Part shown: one piece after another, positions 10,832 to 20,912 of the stretch
How the letters are laid out: every line of letters starts with the position of its first letter
Numbering within the stretch: position 1 is the first letter of the stretch
From: an uncultured Heliomicrobium sp.
Lineage (GTDB): Bacteria > Acidobacteriota > Blastocatellia > RBC074
NCBI GenBank assembly: GCA_964470555.1
Contig: CAYYDG010000004.1
Location: 33,053-97,052, forward strand
Reading direction: 5' to 3'
Length of the DNA stretch: 64,000 bases
Program-made: the position numbers and the translations under genes
The notes under the pieces: generated by a model
What the model was told of the DNA's origin: nothing
What the model saw: only the letters and a program-made list of their open reading frames with translations
The model's database searches: none

Positions 10832-12410
10832 TCAAATTGATTAAACGTTCACGGCGTGAGTTCAGTGAAGTTTCTATCGCGAAAAAGGAAAAAATGTAAA
10901 GACAGGCGCAGGCCATCATCAATAACAATGGAACCCACCAGAATCGCAAAAGAGTCGTAAGTCCCAGGCGGTTTACCGCTGTTATCAAACCCCAAAATGG
11001 AATCAGGACTCCGCCGATGATGACAGCATTGGCCCCAAAGGAAAGGCGATTATTCCACATGGCATCGAAGTCCATACTTTTAGGCGAAAAAACGGAAGTC
11101 CAGAATCCCAATGCGTTATAAAGAAACAGGCTGGCCAGAGCAGTCGAAAGCATCATCGCCAGCATGCGCAAGGAAAGCACCTGGCTGCTGTAAAAAACCA
11201 GCCATAGTGCAAACGAAATGAACACGGCGAAGGCTCTCAGCAGCAAAGAAGAGAGATTCATGGCTCGTAGCGCATCTACAAAGCGGATCGGCAAAAATGC
11301 GTAGCGACGAATGCCGGCATTGTCGTAACCGAAAGCATTGAGCATCATTGCGGCTGCTGTGGCGCCACTCATGATGAAAAACATCGCCAGCGAAACGGCG
11401 AAATATCCTTGTCCGTCTTTGTGTGGAATCAGATACTTTCCCGCCAGAACGATGACCGGCGCAGTAATCAGGCTGAAACGAATCATGTTGCAGCGCAAAT
11501 GGTAGCGCAGAGATTTGTTGACCAGTGGCGCATAACGATGGCCGAACAGTTTGCTGAGCTGATCGGTGTAATCTTCCCAGACGATACTGGCGGCAGCGGT
11601 TTGATTGGTCGAATGTGGACGAGCTTCCAGTTTTTCCAGCGCCCACAACAGCGCCAGGCACCAGACCAGCAGCAGAATGAAATTGCCAATTACATTAGCG
11701 GCAGTGTCGCCCAGCAGCGCTCCGGCAGCGGCTCCGGGTGGAGTCATCTTCAAAAGAATATCCAACGCGTTCCAGACAGCGGCCTTTCGTGAGTTGATGA
11801 GTAACGCGATAGCCAGTGGGCCGAAAGAAACGACCAGCAAGACGACTGTGCCGATCAGGCCAGAGCCTCGCCGTGTTTCCATCACCAGGCCGACGACCGT
11901 CAGCAAAACAATTGTCGCCAGATAGTTGGCGACGATAAAGACCGTGGTTGTCAGAAGAGTCCTGAAGATAGATCCGCCGCCCAACCACCAAAATCCAATC
12001 GCTAATCCGTAAGTGCAGGCAATCAGCAGCAACCAGACCGGGTCCAGGATTCCAATCAGTTGTCGAACTAAAAATCGTTCGCGGTCGTCAAGTGGATAAC
12101 GTCGCAAAGCTTCTTCTGAAAATGCGGCGCGCGGGCCGGTTCCGAACAGCAAACTCAGTCCAATGCCATTGACGAACAAACCAAACAGCATCCAACGAGC
12201 GAAGTATTCGGCTCGTTCCGGTTCGATGGAAGTAATCGCAAAACCGATTCCGACTCCGCCTAGCGCGAAAAAGAGCGCAACGAAACCACCAATCAAATAC
12301 AGCGCAAAAAGCATGGCGATTTTGCCGTTGCCGGTTCGCGCGTGCGCCCAGATCAGCTTGTAACGAAGCCGAACCAGCGCCAAAAAACGTTTGAGAAAGT
12401 CATTGTTCAT
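10812..12410 (-). CDS. Putative ABC-2 family transporter permease (polytopic membrane protein)
   Basis: 532 aa, more than 10 hydrophobic TM segments. Translationally coupled to the downstream ABC ATPase. Confidence 0.6.
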   Translation of the reverse strand: MNNDFLKRFLALVRLRYKLIWAHARTGNGKIAMLFALYLIGGFVALFFALGGVGIGFAITSIEPERAEYFARWMLFGLFVNGIGLSLLFGTGPRAAFSEEALRRYPLDDRERFLVRQLIGILDPVWLLLIACTYGLAIGFWWLGGGSIFRTLLTTTVFIVANYLATIVLLTVVGLVMETRRGSGLIGTVVLLVVSFGPLAIALLINSRKAAVWNALDILLKMTPPGAAAGALLGDTAANVIGNFILLLVWCLALLWALEKLEARPHSTNQTAAASIVWEDYTDQLSKLFGHRYAPLVNKSLRYHLRCNMIRFSLITAPVIVLAGKYLIPHKDGQGYFAVSLAMFFIMSGATAAAMMLNAFGYDNAGIRRYAFLPIRFVDALRAMNLSSLLLRAFAVFISFALWLVFYSSQVLSLRMLAMMLSTALASLFLYNALGFWTSVFSPKSMDFDAMWNNRLSFGANAVIIGGVLIPFWGLITAVNRLGLTTLLRFWWVPLLLMMACACLYIFSFFAIETSLNSRRERLINLIAGARD

Positions 12411-12422
12411 AATTCCAAGCTT

Positions 12423-13730
12423 CTAACAGTGAAATTGCGAACGGGAGAGTTTGAAGCCTTTCAGATTGCCAAGAACTGTTACTGCGAATTTTTCGGTTTG
12501 AAAAATCTGTCGAGCCATTTGCTGAATGCCTTTGGTCGTGACGGCTTCGATTTCGGCAATCACCTCGTCAGGCGAGATGAAGCGTCCAAAGTTCATCTCA
12601 TGTTGAGCCAGCGCGCTCATGCGTGAAGACGCCGATTCCAAATTCAATCGCACAGACGCTTTCAACTGGTCTTTGTTGCGTTGTAATTCTTCGTCGCTGA
12701 CCGGTTCGGATTTAATGCGTCGCAGTTCGGCCATTGTGGCGGCGATGGTTTTTTCCATTTGTTCGGTCGAAGTCCCGGCATAAATCGTCAGATAGCCGCA
12801 ATCGCGGAATGGATTGATTCCGGCGAACACCGTATAGGCCAATCCCAGTTCTTCACGTATGGATTGGAACAAACGCGAACTCATTCCGCCGCCGAGAATC
12901 ACAGATAGCAGATTGGCCGTATGAAGTTTGTCGCTGACCAGTGAAGGACTCGGCACGCCGATCACAATATGAGCCTGTTCAAGCTCGGCTTTGTGACGAC
13001 GCACAATCGAAGCAGTCGGTTTCGGCCTGGAGGATTTCAGCGGCGATTGGCGGCGTTTCAACTTGCCGAAATAGCTTCGTGCCAGATCAAGAATCTGTTT
13101 GTGTTCTATGTTGCCCGCGGCGGCGATGACGAAATTGTCCGGGCGATAAATGTCGTTGTAATAACTTTCGACCGCGCCATTTTTGAACTTCGCCAGAGTT
13201 TTGGGCGTGCCCAGAATCGGACGGCCAAGCGAATGTTGCGGATAAAAGTTTTCGCAAAACAAATCGAAGATCAGATCGTCGGGTGTGTCTTCGACCATTT
13301 TGATTTCTTCCAGAATGACATTCCGTTCCTTTTTCAATTCTGTCGGGTCAAAGGTCGGGGAGGTGACGACATCGGCAATCAGATCAAAGGCGCGCGGCAG
13401 ATGTTCGTCCAGAACGGAGTTGTAAAAGCCTACTACTTCGCGTCCGGTGAAAGCGTCCAGATGGCCACCGAGCCTGTCGCCTTCAGCGGCAATCTGAGCG
13501 ACCGAACGATTGCGAGTTCCCTTAAACAATGCATGTTCAATGAAGTGTGTCAGCCCATGCCGTTCTGCCGTTTCGTGGCGCGAACCGCTTCGCAAGAAAA
13601 CTCCGAAGCTGACAGACCGTAGATACGGCATTTTTTCCGAGAGCACGACCAGCCCATTGCTGAGCGTCGTTTTGCGAACATCAAATTTCAATTTGGTTGT
13701 CATTTCTTGTCTAACTGCTTTGGATTTCAT
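12423..13730 (-). CDS. M16 family zinc peptidase (insulinase/pitrilysin-like)
   Basis: Inverted zinc-binding motif HxxEH (GLTHFIEHALFKGT) in the N-terminal domain, plus an M16 C-terminal domain. Start trimmed to the internal ATG (MKSKAV...). Confidence 0.8.
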   Translation of the reverse strand: MKSKAVRQEMTTKLKFDVRKTTLSNGLVVLSEKMPYLRSVSFGVFLRSGSRHETAERHGLTHFIEHALFKGTRNRSVAQIAAEGDRLGGHLDAFTGREVVGFYNSVLDEHLPRAFDLIADVVTSPTFDPTELKKERNVILEEIKMVEDTPDDLIFDLFCENFYPQHSLGRPILGTPKTLAKFKNGAVESYYNDIYRPDNFVIAAAGNIEHKQILDLARSYFGKLKRRQSPLKSSRPKPTASIVRRHKAELEQAHIVIGVPSPSLVSDKLHTANLLSVILGGGMSSRLFQSIREELGLAYTVFAGINPFRDCGYLTIYAGTSTEQMEKTIAATMAELRRIKSEPVSDEELQRNKDQLKASVRLNLESASSRMSALAQHEMNFGRFISPDEVIAEIEAVTTKGIQQMARQIFQTEKFAVTVLGNLKGFKLSRSQFHC

Positions 13731-13851
13731 TGTTATCTCTAAAGACGCGACATCATAAGCCAGTAACTCTGCCTGTCTCAAACGTCAAGCAAAGAAATCT
13801 TGTCCCAAACCGTTTACTGTCATCATCTGTTGTCATCAATCGTGGACAAGC

Positions 13852-13873
13852 AAGGCCTGCCTTTGTCTACGAT
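13852..13873. promoter_or_regulatory. 8-6-8 perfect inverted repeat TTTGTCTAcgatcaTAGACAAA (candidate operator)
   Basis: Perfect palindrome ~120 nt upstream of the M16 peptidase start, in the intergenic region between that operon and the repeat array. Confidence 0.25.
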
Positions 13874-14163
13874 CATAGACAAAATCAGATTTTGGGTCTC
13901 AAAACTCCACCGATGATTTTGTTTTGAAATGAATAAGTCTTTCTATTTCTGTGTTTAATAAATTTTCTGCTCGCCTGGATTTCAGTGGCACAGTCGTTGC
14001 TCTAGGGATATGCGTAACGAGATGAGAACGAAAGTTCTTGAAGGTGTTTGAAGCACAAGCGGGTAAGTAGCAAGAAGCAATCAGTGAACCAGATACAAAG
14101 CCCGCGAAAAGTTTTCAGGAGCGCGGCTCCTCACGGGAATGTAGTTGCCGATTAAAGCAAAGG

Positions 14164-14265
14164 ACACGGGGTCGGATTTAGTCGGCAATTACAGCTTCGG
14201 CTCGCGCGCCTTACGTCACATAAAGAACGGGGCACATTGTGTGGCGTAAGGAGCGCGAGTCGGCC
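14164..14265 (+). repeat. Repeat unit 1 core
   Basis: ACACGGGGTCGGATTT...CGGCTCGCGC[CCTTACGTCACA-taaaGAACGGGGCACAT-TGTGTGGCGTAAGG]GCGCGAGTCG; nested helices P1/P2. Confidence 0.7.
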
Positions 14266-14367
14266 TTCAAAAAAAACGTGAGTCGAGCGCGAAATAGTGA
14301 GTTTGAATTTTTGACAACAAGTTTTGGAGCAAGACTCCTCTCGACTTTGTAGTCTGCGATCCGGAGA

Positions 14368-14464
14368 ACACGGGGGTCGGATTCGGATTGTTGGCTGCAC
14401 CTTCGATTCGTAAATCGCGTCGTATGTAGTACGGGGCACAATGTGCGGCGCGATTTACGGATCG
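14368..14464 (+). repeat. Repeat unit 2 core (divergent)
   Basis: ACACGGGGGTCGGATT; 16-bp closing helix CGATTCGTAAATCGCG/CGCGATTTACGGATCG (one G.U) around ...GTACGGGGCACAATG. Confidence 0.65.
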
Positions 14465-14522
14465 GTTCAAGGAGTAAGCCGAAGGGCAAGCGCCTTACGG
14501 TTTTCAAGTCTTGTGATTGATG

Positions 14523-14620
<98 letters not shown>

Positions 14621-14710
14621 TCGGCGGGCCGGATTCCTGAAACCGATGAGTTGAGTCGAAGCTGAAGAGATTGAAAGTTCGAGTTTTGTAGTCACCGGTT
14701 AAAGCAAAGG

Positions 14711-14811
14711 ACACGGGGGTCGGATTTAGTCGGTGATTACAATCTTCGGTTCGCGCGCCTTACGTGACGTAGGGAACGGGGCACACTGCGTTGCGTAAGA
14801 CGCGCGGACCG
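14711..14811 (+). repeat. Repeat unit 4 core
   Basis: ACACGGGGGTCGGATTT; P1 GGTTCGCGCG/CGCGCGGACC, P2 CTTACGTGACG/CGTTGCGTAAG around GGGAACGGGGCACACT. Compensatory relative to unit 1. Confidence 0.7.
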
Positions 14812-14894
14812 AAAACCAAAAGTTACGATTTGAAAACAGATTGAATTTGGAGCGCAGCTCCTCACGGGAATGTAGTTGCCGGTTAAAGCAAAGG

Positions 14895-14997
14895 ACACGG
14901 GGGTCGGATTTAGTCGGCAATTACAGCTTCGGCTCGCGCGCCTTACATCAAACAAAGAACGGGGCACATTGTGTGGTGTAAGGAGCGCGAGTCGGCC
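14895..14997 (+). repeat. Repeat unit 5 core (near-identical to unit 1)
   Basis: Differs from unit 1 by a P2 compensatory pair (CTTACG..CGTAAG becomes CTTACA..TGTAAG) and a loop change. Confidence 0.7.
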
Positions 14998-15234
14998 TTC
15001 AAAAAAAACGTGAGTCGAGCGCGATCAGCGATTTCTTGAGCGCAGCCCCAAACTGCGCTGGTTGTTCGGACGATTGACACCCTGTCAATGCGAAAGGCAG
15101 CCTTTGGAGCCTTCAAAACACGACTGCAACACATCTTTTTCCCGCTAATCAGGACTTCTCCCACTTGAAGTCCGAAGGCTCCCAAATTTTTACGGCTGCA
15201 CGAGAGTGCGAATCGGGTCCTCACCCCAGCAACA

Positions 15235-15283
15235 GACAGGCTGTCGGATGCTTTTTTGAATCCGACAGCCTGTCGCTGTTTTT
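15235..15283 (+). terminator. Strong rho-independent terminator
   Basis: Perfect 15-bp stem GACAGGCTGTCGGAT/ATCCGACAGCCTGTC with a 10-nt loop, then GCTGTTTTT. Confidence 0.6.
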
Positions 15284-15359
15284 ACCGCCAGCGAAGCCGT
15301 TGTCTTGCTCATAAACTCAAGCACATGGTTGAATAGTCGCCGAAAAGGGGATTTTCTGT

Positions 15360-15884
15360 TTGCCAAGAAAACTGATTGAATCGGAGCACATCTTCAAAGG
15401 CGTTGTGTTTACTGTCGAGCGCGACCGGTTGCGCGAAGAAAACGGATTCGAGATCGTTCGCGAAATCGTTCGCCATACAGGCGGAGCCGGTTGTTTGCCG
15501 CTGTTTGCCGATGGCAAAGTCGCGCTGGTCAAACAGTACCGCCATCCGGCTCGGCAGGAGTTGCTGGAAATTCCCGCCGGAAAAATTGAAGCAGGCGAAT
15601 CGCCGATGGAATGTGCCGCGCGGGAAGTCGAACAGGAAATCGGGTTTCGCGCTGGCCGAATCGAATTGCTGGCGGATTTCTATTCGACGCCGGGTTTTTG
15701 CGAAGAGCGATTGTATGTTTATCTGGCGACCGATTTGACGCCTTCCGAACAGAACCTGGATCACGATGAATTCGTTGAAGTCGTTTACCTGCCGTTGGCC
15801 GATGCCGTAACGATGGCCGAACGGAACGAAATTGAAGATTCCAAAACCATTATTGCGCTTTTGTTGGCGCAGCGGCGAATCTGA
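15360..15884 (+). CDS. nudF: ADP-ribose pyrophosphatase (Nudix hydrolase)
   Basis: Nudix box GKIEAGESPMECAAREVEQEIG (GX5EX7REUXEEXGU) and an ADP-ribose pyrophosphatase-like N-terminus. Confidence 0.8.
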   Translation: MPRKLIESEHIFKGVVFTVERDRLREENGFEIVREIVRHTGGAGCLPLFADGKVALVKQYRHPARQELLEIPAGKIEAGESPMECAAREVEQEIGFRAGRIELLADFYSTPGFCEERLYVYLATDLTPSEQNLDHDEFVEVVYLPLADAVTMAERNEIEDSKTIIALLLAQRRI

Positions 15885-15895
15885 GTGTGTAGCTT

Positions 15896-16843
15896 ATGTC
15901 AATCACAACCGCGTATTGCCCTTCGTGTGGACAAACAATTCAAACCGCCCCCGGCACTCTTTGCGCTCAATGCCAGGCAAATCTGCCAACTATTGACCCG
16001 GTTCAGCCTGCTCAGGAAATAAATTGGGCGACTGGCGCGCCAGCGCTTTCTTACACTGAGGAAGAAAAACCAGGCTCGCCCTGGCTGGATTTGCTCTGGG
16101 CGTTTTTGATCTGGGGAGTGAGCGGCGCGTTTTTGATCGCTTTGGACGGAGCCTTGCGGTTGGTTATTTACATGCTCGGCCAGGAAATTCCCAAAGTCGA
16201 AATCACTCGTGGAGTGGCAATTTTCACGCTGGTGATTACGCTGGTTTTGCAACTGATCGCGCTCGGTTCAAGCTGGCTGGTGGTGACTAGAGTTGGAAAA
16301 AGGCCGTTTTGGCGAACCTTGGGCTGGCATTGGCATCCACAATTTCGCTGGGTTCATGCCGTCGGAGGAGCCGTCTTGATGTTTGGAGTGGCGATCGCTG
16401 TTTCCCAATTGTTGCCACACCGCGAAACCGACATGGAGAAGATACTCAAACTGGGGACTTCAATAAGGTTGCTGGTGGTGGCGCTGGCAGTGTTGACGGC
16501 TCCATTGGTTGAAGAAGTGGTCTACCGCGGCGTCGTTTACTCCAGCGTCGAACGGTTGTGGGGAAAAGTCGCGGGAGTTCTTGTCGTCACAGTGATTTTT
16601 GCTCTGGTTCATGTGCCGCAATACTGGGGAAGCGTGGCTGCCATCACCGCCATCGTTTTGCTGAGTCTGGTGCTGACCATGTTAAGAGCCTGGACAGGTT
16701 CGTTATTGCCCTGTGTGGTGATGCATCTGGTTTACAACGGAATTCAAGCCGGGTTTTTAATTGTCGCCCCGGATGCGGCGCTCAACACGCCGACTGAAAA
16801 AACGGCGATGGCTTTGATGGGTTACTTGTTAGGTGGAAATTAA
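15896..16843 (+). CDS. CPBP family intramembrane glutamic endopeptidase (CAAX protease-like) with N-terminal zinc ribbon
   Basis: N-terminal CPSCG...CAQC zinc ribbon. Conserved CPBP motifs EEVVYRG and FALVH...H in a polytopic membrane domain. Confidence 0.75.
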   Translation: MSITTAYCPSCGQTIQTAPGTLCAQCQANLPTIDPVQPAQEINWATGAPALSYTEEEKPGSPWLDLLWAFLIWGVSGAFLIALDGALRLVIYMLGQEIPKVEITRGVAIFTLVITLVLQLIALGSSWLVVTRVGKRPFWRTLGWHWHPQFRWVHAVGGAVLMFGVAIAVSQLLPHRETDMEKILKLGTSIRLLVVALAVLTAPLVEEVVYRGVVYSSVERLWGKVAGVLVVTVIFALVHVPQYWGSVAAITAIVLLSLVLTMLRAWTGSLLPCVVMHLVYNGIQAGFLIVAPDAALNTPTEKTAMALMGYLLGGN

Positions 16844-16935
16844 ATTCGCAATCTGAAGAAAATTGCCTGATCGTATCTTTCGACGCTGGTTGATTCTGAA
16901 AACAGCGCTTCAAGGTTAGGAGGAAACTACAAGCC

Positions 16936-17160
16936 GTGAATGATTTTTTTTCGATGATGGAAAAGCTGCAAGGAATGTTCGACAGTGAAGACGTGGAAAT
17001 TGTCACGAACGACGGGCGCAGTGTTCGCGGGAAAATTGACAACTTGCGCAGCACCATGCCGTTCAGCAAACCTGCCGTCAAAATTCTGGGAGCCGATGGC
17101 AAGATCACCAAAATCCTGTTTGCTGACATTAAAGATATGATTGACCACCGAGGGCAGTGA
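16936..17160 (+). CDS. Hypothetical small protein (74 aa), possibly Sm-like fold
   Basis: GTG start with AGGAGG upstream. Beta-rich pattern VEIVTNDGRSVRGKIDNL...ILGADGKITKILFADIKD. No family recognised with confidence. Confidence 0.35.
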   Translation: MNDFFSMMEKLQGMFDSEDVEIVTNDGRSVRGKIDNLRSTMPFSKPAVKILGADGKITKILFADIKDMIDHRGQ

Positions 17161-17234
17161 TATTTCAGGTATTGGGAGATTGGGCAACCAGGATAATCTC
17201 ATTGCCCAATCCTCAATTCTTCAATATCTGCTGC

Positions 17235-17477
17235 TTATTCCGTCGCAGGCCGCTTGAAGGTGTATTTGACATAGCGGCTGCTGGAAAGCAGTTCTTCGCC
17301 TTTGTTGGTACGATGCATGGCATAACCGTCAACGTAAACGTTGACCAGTTCCCACTCTTCCTGTCCCAGCGAATTCAAGCCGGCGTCAACGTTCGCGTCA
17401 ATGAAATCTTCACCCGTGATGCGCGCGCCAATCTTACGAATTTCGCCCCAATCCACTGTTCTATATTCCCACTTCAT
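17235..17477 (-). CDS. DUF4177-like small protein
   Basis: 80 aa starting MKWEYRT..., pattern typical of DUF4177 as I recall it. Confidence 0.5.
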   Translation of the reverse strand: MKWEYRTVDWGEIRKIGARITGEDFIDANVDAGLNSLGQEEWELVNVYVDGYAMHRTNKGEELLSSSRYVKYTFKRPATE

Positions 17478-17761
17478 CGTCTTACCTCATCTCTCTTGTA
17501 AGGGTTAAGAAAAACACGACAACCTGGCAAATCCGACCGATTTGATGATTTGGCAAGGGGCACGCAGGGACACAACATCGCTACGTGGCATTTCCGAAAC
17601 CTGGCCGTGCTGCCTCGTTTGTCGCAGTGTCGAAAAGAACTATTTTTAGGGGAGACTGATGTAACCGCGTCGCATTCTACTACAAAACCATAAACATGCC
17701 TTGTTGACGCGAATTTTTACAGATTAAATCCAGCGGCCAAATTGGCCAAGTTCAGTTGTCG

Positions 17762-18757
17762 CTAGCGAATCTGCGCTTCGATTTTCGGCAAACTCAGCAA
17801 AATGACATCGCCGACGATTTTCAAACTCTGTGGGCTGATTTTGTCCAATGTATCTTCTGCCGTATGCCAATACTGATTGTCTTCCGGGCCGTCACCGTAT
17901 TCGAAATCAATCACGTCAACCGCTGGAATGCCAGCTCGCAAAAACGGCATGTGGTCGTCGTCGCCGATGGAAAACGGGCGGTTGGGAAATTGTTTCTTGT
18001 AACCCAGTTCTTGAGCGGTTCCCCAAATCGCACTGACCAGCCACGGCGAAGACGTTTCTTCGCGCGGAATGGTCAAATCCTTGTCGCCAACCATATCCAG
18101 CAGAATCATGGCTTTGATGCGGTCTGTCTGTTTTTCCTTTTTCAATTTTTCGACGTAATGGCGGCTGCCGTAAGTATTGTCCTTGCCGTTCAGGCATTGG
18201 CTCCATTCGGCGCAAAAGGCTTCTTCGCCATCGAAGAACACGAATTGATAGGTGAATTTCCGCTTCTGTTTGTCGGCGGCCATCACGCGCGCGATTTCCA
18301 GCACAACGCCTGTGCTCGAACCGCCGTCGTTGGCGCCGACGAATTTGAACTCTTTGAAATACTTGGTGTCGTAATGACTGCTGATGATGATCGTTCCCGT
18401 CGTTTCGCCTGGAATTTCCGCAATCACGTTTTTGAATCTTACCTTTCCGCGCGGAGTCGTTTCGGTGAATTCATCCAGCGTGGGTGTCAAACCATAACTT
18501 TTCAATTCCTTGATCAGATAGTCGCGTGTTTTTTCGATGGCAGCCGAACCCGCCGGACGAGGGCCGAAATCCACCTGAGCTTTGACGTGAGCAAAAGCGC
18601 GTTCGGCATCAAAAGAAGTCGTCCTTGGCGTCTGGTTTGAATTGGCGCTGATTGTCGCCGCCGGAATCGCTTCGACAGAAGGTTTGCTTGCCGAACCGTT
18701 CTGGCAGGCGAATAAAATCGTCGCCGCAAAAAGCATTGCTGTGGAACGAAACATCAT
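17762..18757 (-). CDS. M28 family zinc peptidase (aminopeptidase/glutaminyl-cyclase-like), secreted
   Basis: Signal peptide. M28 metal-ligand blocks (SSHYDT, ANDGGSSTGVVLEIAR, FVFFDGEEA, DDDHMPF). 4-nt overlap with accD. Confidence 0.85.
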   Translation of the reverse strand: MMFRSTAMLFAATILFACQNGSASKPSVEAIPAATISANSNQTPRTTSFDAERAFAHVKAQVDFGPRPAGSAAIEKTRDYLIKELKSYGLTPTLDEFTETTPRGKVRFKNVIAEIPGETTGTIIISSHYDTKYFKEFKFVGANDGGSSTGVVLEIARVMAADKQKRKFTYQFVFFDGEEAFCAEWSQCLNGKDNTYGSRHYVEKLKKEKQTDRIKAMILLDMVGDKDLTIPREETSSPWLVSAIWGTAQELGYKKQFPNRPFSIGDDDHMPFLRAGIPAVDVIDFEYGDGPEDNQYWHTAEDTLDKISPQSLKIVGDVILLSLPKIEAQIR

Positions 18758-19623
18758 TTTGATTTTTCCGGGCCGGTGAAATTCAACAGTTTGGCCAACA
18801 CATCACGCAATTCGCGGCGATCAACCACCGCATCCAGCATTCCATGTTCGAGCACGAATTCCGAGCGTTGGAACCCTTTGGGCAATTTTTGCCGGATGGT
18901 TTGCTCAATCACGCGCGCTCCGGCAAAGCCTATGATCGCGTCCGGTTCGGCGATGTTGAAATCGCCAAGCATGGCGTAACTGGCTGTTACTCCACCGGTC
19001 GTCGGATTGGTCAGCAGCGAAATGTATGGCAACCCCGCATCGTCCAGGCGAGCCAGCGCCGCCGAAATTTTCGCCATTTGCATCAGGGAAATGGCGCCTT
19101 CCTGCATGCGCGCGCCGCCCGAACAGGAAACGACGATCAACGGCAATCGCTGTTTGACGCAGTATTCAATCGCGCGAGTGATCTTTTCGCCGACGACCGA
19201 TCCCATGCTGCCGCCGATGAACTTGAACTCCATCGCGCAAATCACGACATCGTGACCGCCAAGCTTGCCTTCGCCTGTGACCAGAGCGTCACGCAATCCG
19301 GTGTCTTTCTGCGCTTTTCGCAATCGTTCTGAATAAGGGGCTTTGTCAACGAACTTGAGCGGGTCTGTGGGCGAAACGCTGGCGTCGCGCTCTTCATATT
19401 GACCATCGTCAAAGAGCATTTGCAGTCGTTCGCGTGCGCCGAGTCTGAAGTGGTAACCGCAGGTCGGGCAGACGTTCGAACTGTTTTTCAGGTCTTTGCG
19501 GTAAATAGTGACGCCGCAATCTTCATTTTCGCATTTGACGAAGATGCCTTCGGTTTTCACCGTGCGCTCTTCGGGTAGGGCAACCTCGCCGAGCTTGTCG
19601 GTCTGGCGTTTGAACCAAGCCAT
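18754..19623 (-). CDS. accD: Acetyl-CoA carboxylase carboxyltransferase subunit beta
   Basis: N-terminal C4 zinc finger (CENEDCG...CPTCGYHFRL) and the carboxyltransferase domain (GGSMGSVVGEKI, SGGARMQEG). Confidence 0.95.
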   Translation of the reverse strand: MAWFKRQTDKLGEVALPEERTVKTEGIFVKCENEDCGVTIYRKDLKNSSNVCPTCGYHFRLGARERLQMLFDDGQYEERDASVSPTDPLKFVDKAPYSERLRKAQKDTGLRDALVTGEGKLGGHDVVICAMEFKFIGGSMGSVVGEKITRAIEYCVKQRLPLIVVSCSGGARMQEGAISLMQMAKISAALARLDDAGLPYISLLTNPTTGGVTASYAMLGDFNIAEPDAIIGFAGARVIEQTIRQKLPKGFQRSEFVLEHGMLDAVVDRRELRDVLAKLLNFTGPEKSK

Positions 19624-19821
19624 AGTGTTTTCTCTTGGATATAAATTATTTCAATGTGTTGATTAAGATTGGCGGATTCTACGCGGCAGGTTGTGGAGTG
19701 TCAAAGAATCAAATGCGCACAACTATTCGAGAACGGCGCGTTCCCGAAAGCTGTGTTACATTGCATTGGCGCTCCGATTTTGACCCGGCGCGCATCTGGA
19801 ATGGTTCTCTCTGGTTGAAGG

Positions 19822-20808
19822 ATGATGAAACGAAAAACTTTTTCCTCAGTGATCAAAAACCTGGCGCTGTCACTGCTTCTGAAAATTCCCAAAGCCGCAT
19901 TTCTTTACGTCCCGATTCTCACCCTCACGTCGTTTTTAGGCGACGTGTACTGGTTATTGGAACTGACGACTCATTTCCGGCTTCAGTATTTGCTGATTGC
20001 AGGTTTCTTTTTGCTGATCTTTGTGCCGCTGAAAATGTGGCGCTGGGCGGGCGTGGCATTGCTTTGTCTGGCGATCAACGCGGCGTATGTCGTGCCATGG
20101 TATTGGCCAACGAATTCGGTTCACCCAGACGCCAAAGGGCAACGGCTGCGTCTGGCTTTGTCGAATGTGTTGTGGGACAACAAACATCACGCCGACGTGA
20201 TTCAGTTCGTTCAATCCGAAAATCCCGATTTGGTGTTTTTTCAGGAAGTCACGCCACGCTGGGCGAAGGAATTTGAAATCTTGCACGCGGAGTTTCCACA
20301 TTCGCGGCTCGATCCGGCGGACGATGCGGGCGGAATGGCCTTGTTCAGCCGGTTGCCTTTCGAGCGAGCAGACTTGGCTCCGCTGGCGGATTACAACGGC
20401 CCGGCGATCATTGCTCAGATCAGTGTCGGCGGCAGATTGCTGTCCCTGGTTTCGGTGCATGCGCCGCCGCCCGGCGGGAAAAAGAATTTCGATCATCGAA
20501 CCGAAATCTTCGATCAGACCGCTGCGTATTTGAACACCTTGCCGGAGCCGAAAATCCTCGTCGGCGATTTGAACACCACCATGTGGTCGCCGTATTACAA
20601 ACGCCTGGTCGAAAAAATCGGCTTGAAAAACGTCCGCGAAGGATTTGGCGTTTTGCCTTCGTGGCCGACTTATTTGCCGCCGCTGTTTATTCCGATTGAC
20701 CATTGTCTGGTCAGCAGAGAGATTGAGGTGGTCAATGTTCGCACGGGGAGCCGGGTCGGTTCGGATCATTTGCCGCTGATCGTGGATTTGCTGGTTCCGC
20801 AAAACTGA
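19822..20808 (+). CDS. Endonuclease/exonuclease/phosphatase (EEP) family membrane protein
   Basis: N-terminal TM helices; EEP catalytic motifs (LVFFQEV, SVHAPPP, GDLNTT, SDHLPL). Confidence 0.8.
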   Translation: MMKRKTFSSVIKNLALSLLLKIPKAAFLYVPILTLTSFLGDVYWLLELTTHFRLQYLLIAGFFLLIFVPLKMWRWAGVALLCLAINAAYVVPWYWPTNSVHPDAKGQRLRLALSNVLWDNKHHADVIQFVQSENPDLVFFQEVTPRWAKEFEILHAEFPHSRLDPADDAGGMALFSRLPFERADLAPLADYNGPAIIAQISVGGRLLSLVSVHAPPPGGKKNFDHRTEIFDQTAAYLNTLPEPKILVGDLNTTMWSPYYKRLVEKIGLKNVREGFGVLPSWPTYLPPLFIPIDHCLVSREIEVVNVRTGSRVGSDHLPLIVDLLVPQN

Positions 20809-20912
20809 TGCTTGCAATGGTTGTCAGTCGCGCGTTCGGATGTGAGAATAGCCGCAGTTTCCGAGCCGTCATCGGAACAAGCAATCATTCCAATTAATTC
20901 GAGGTTATAAAG

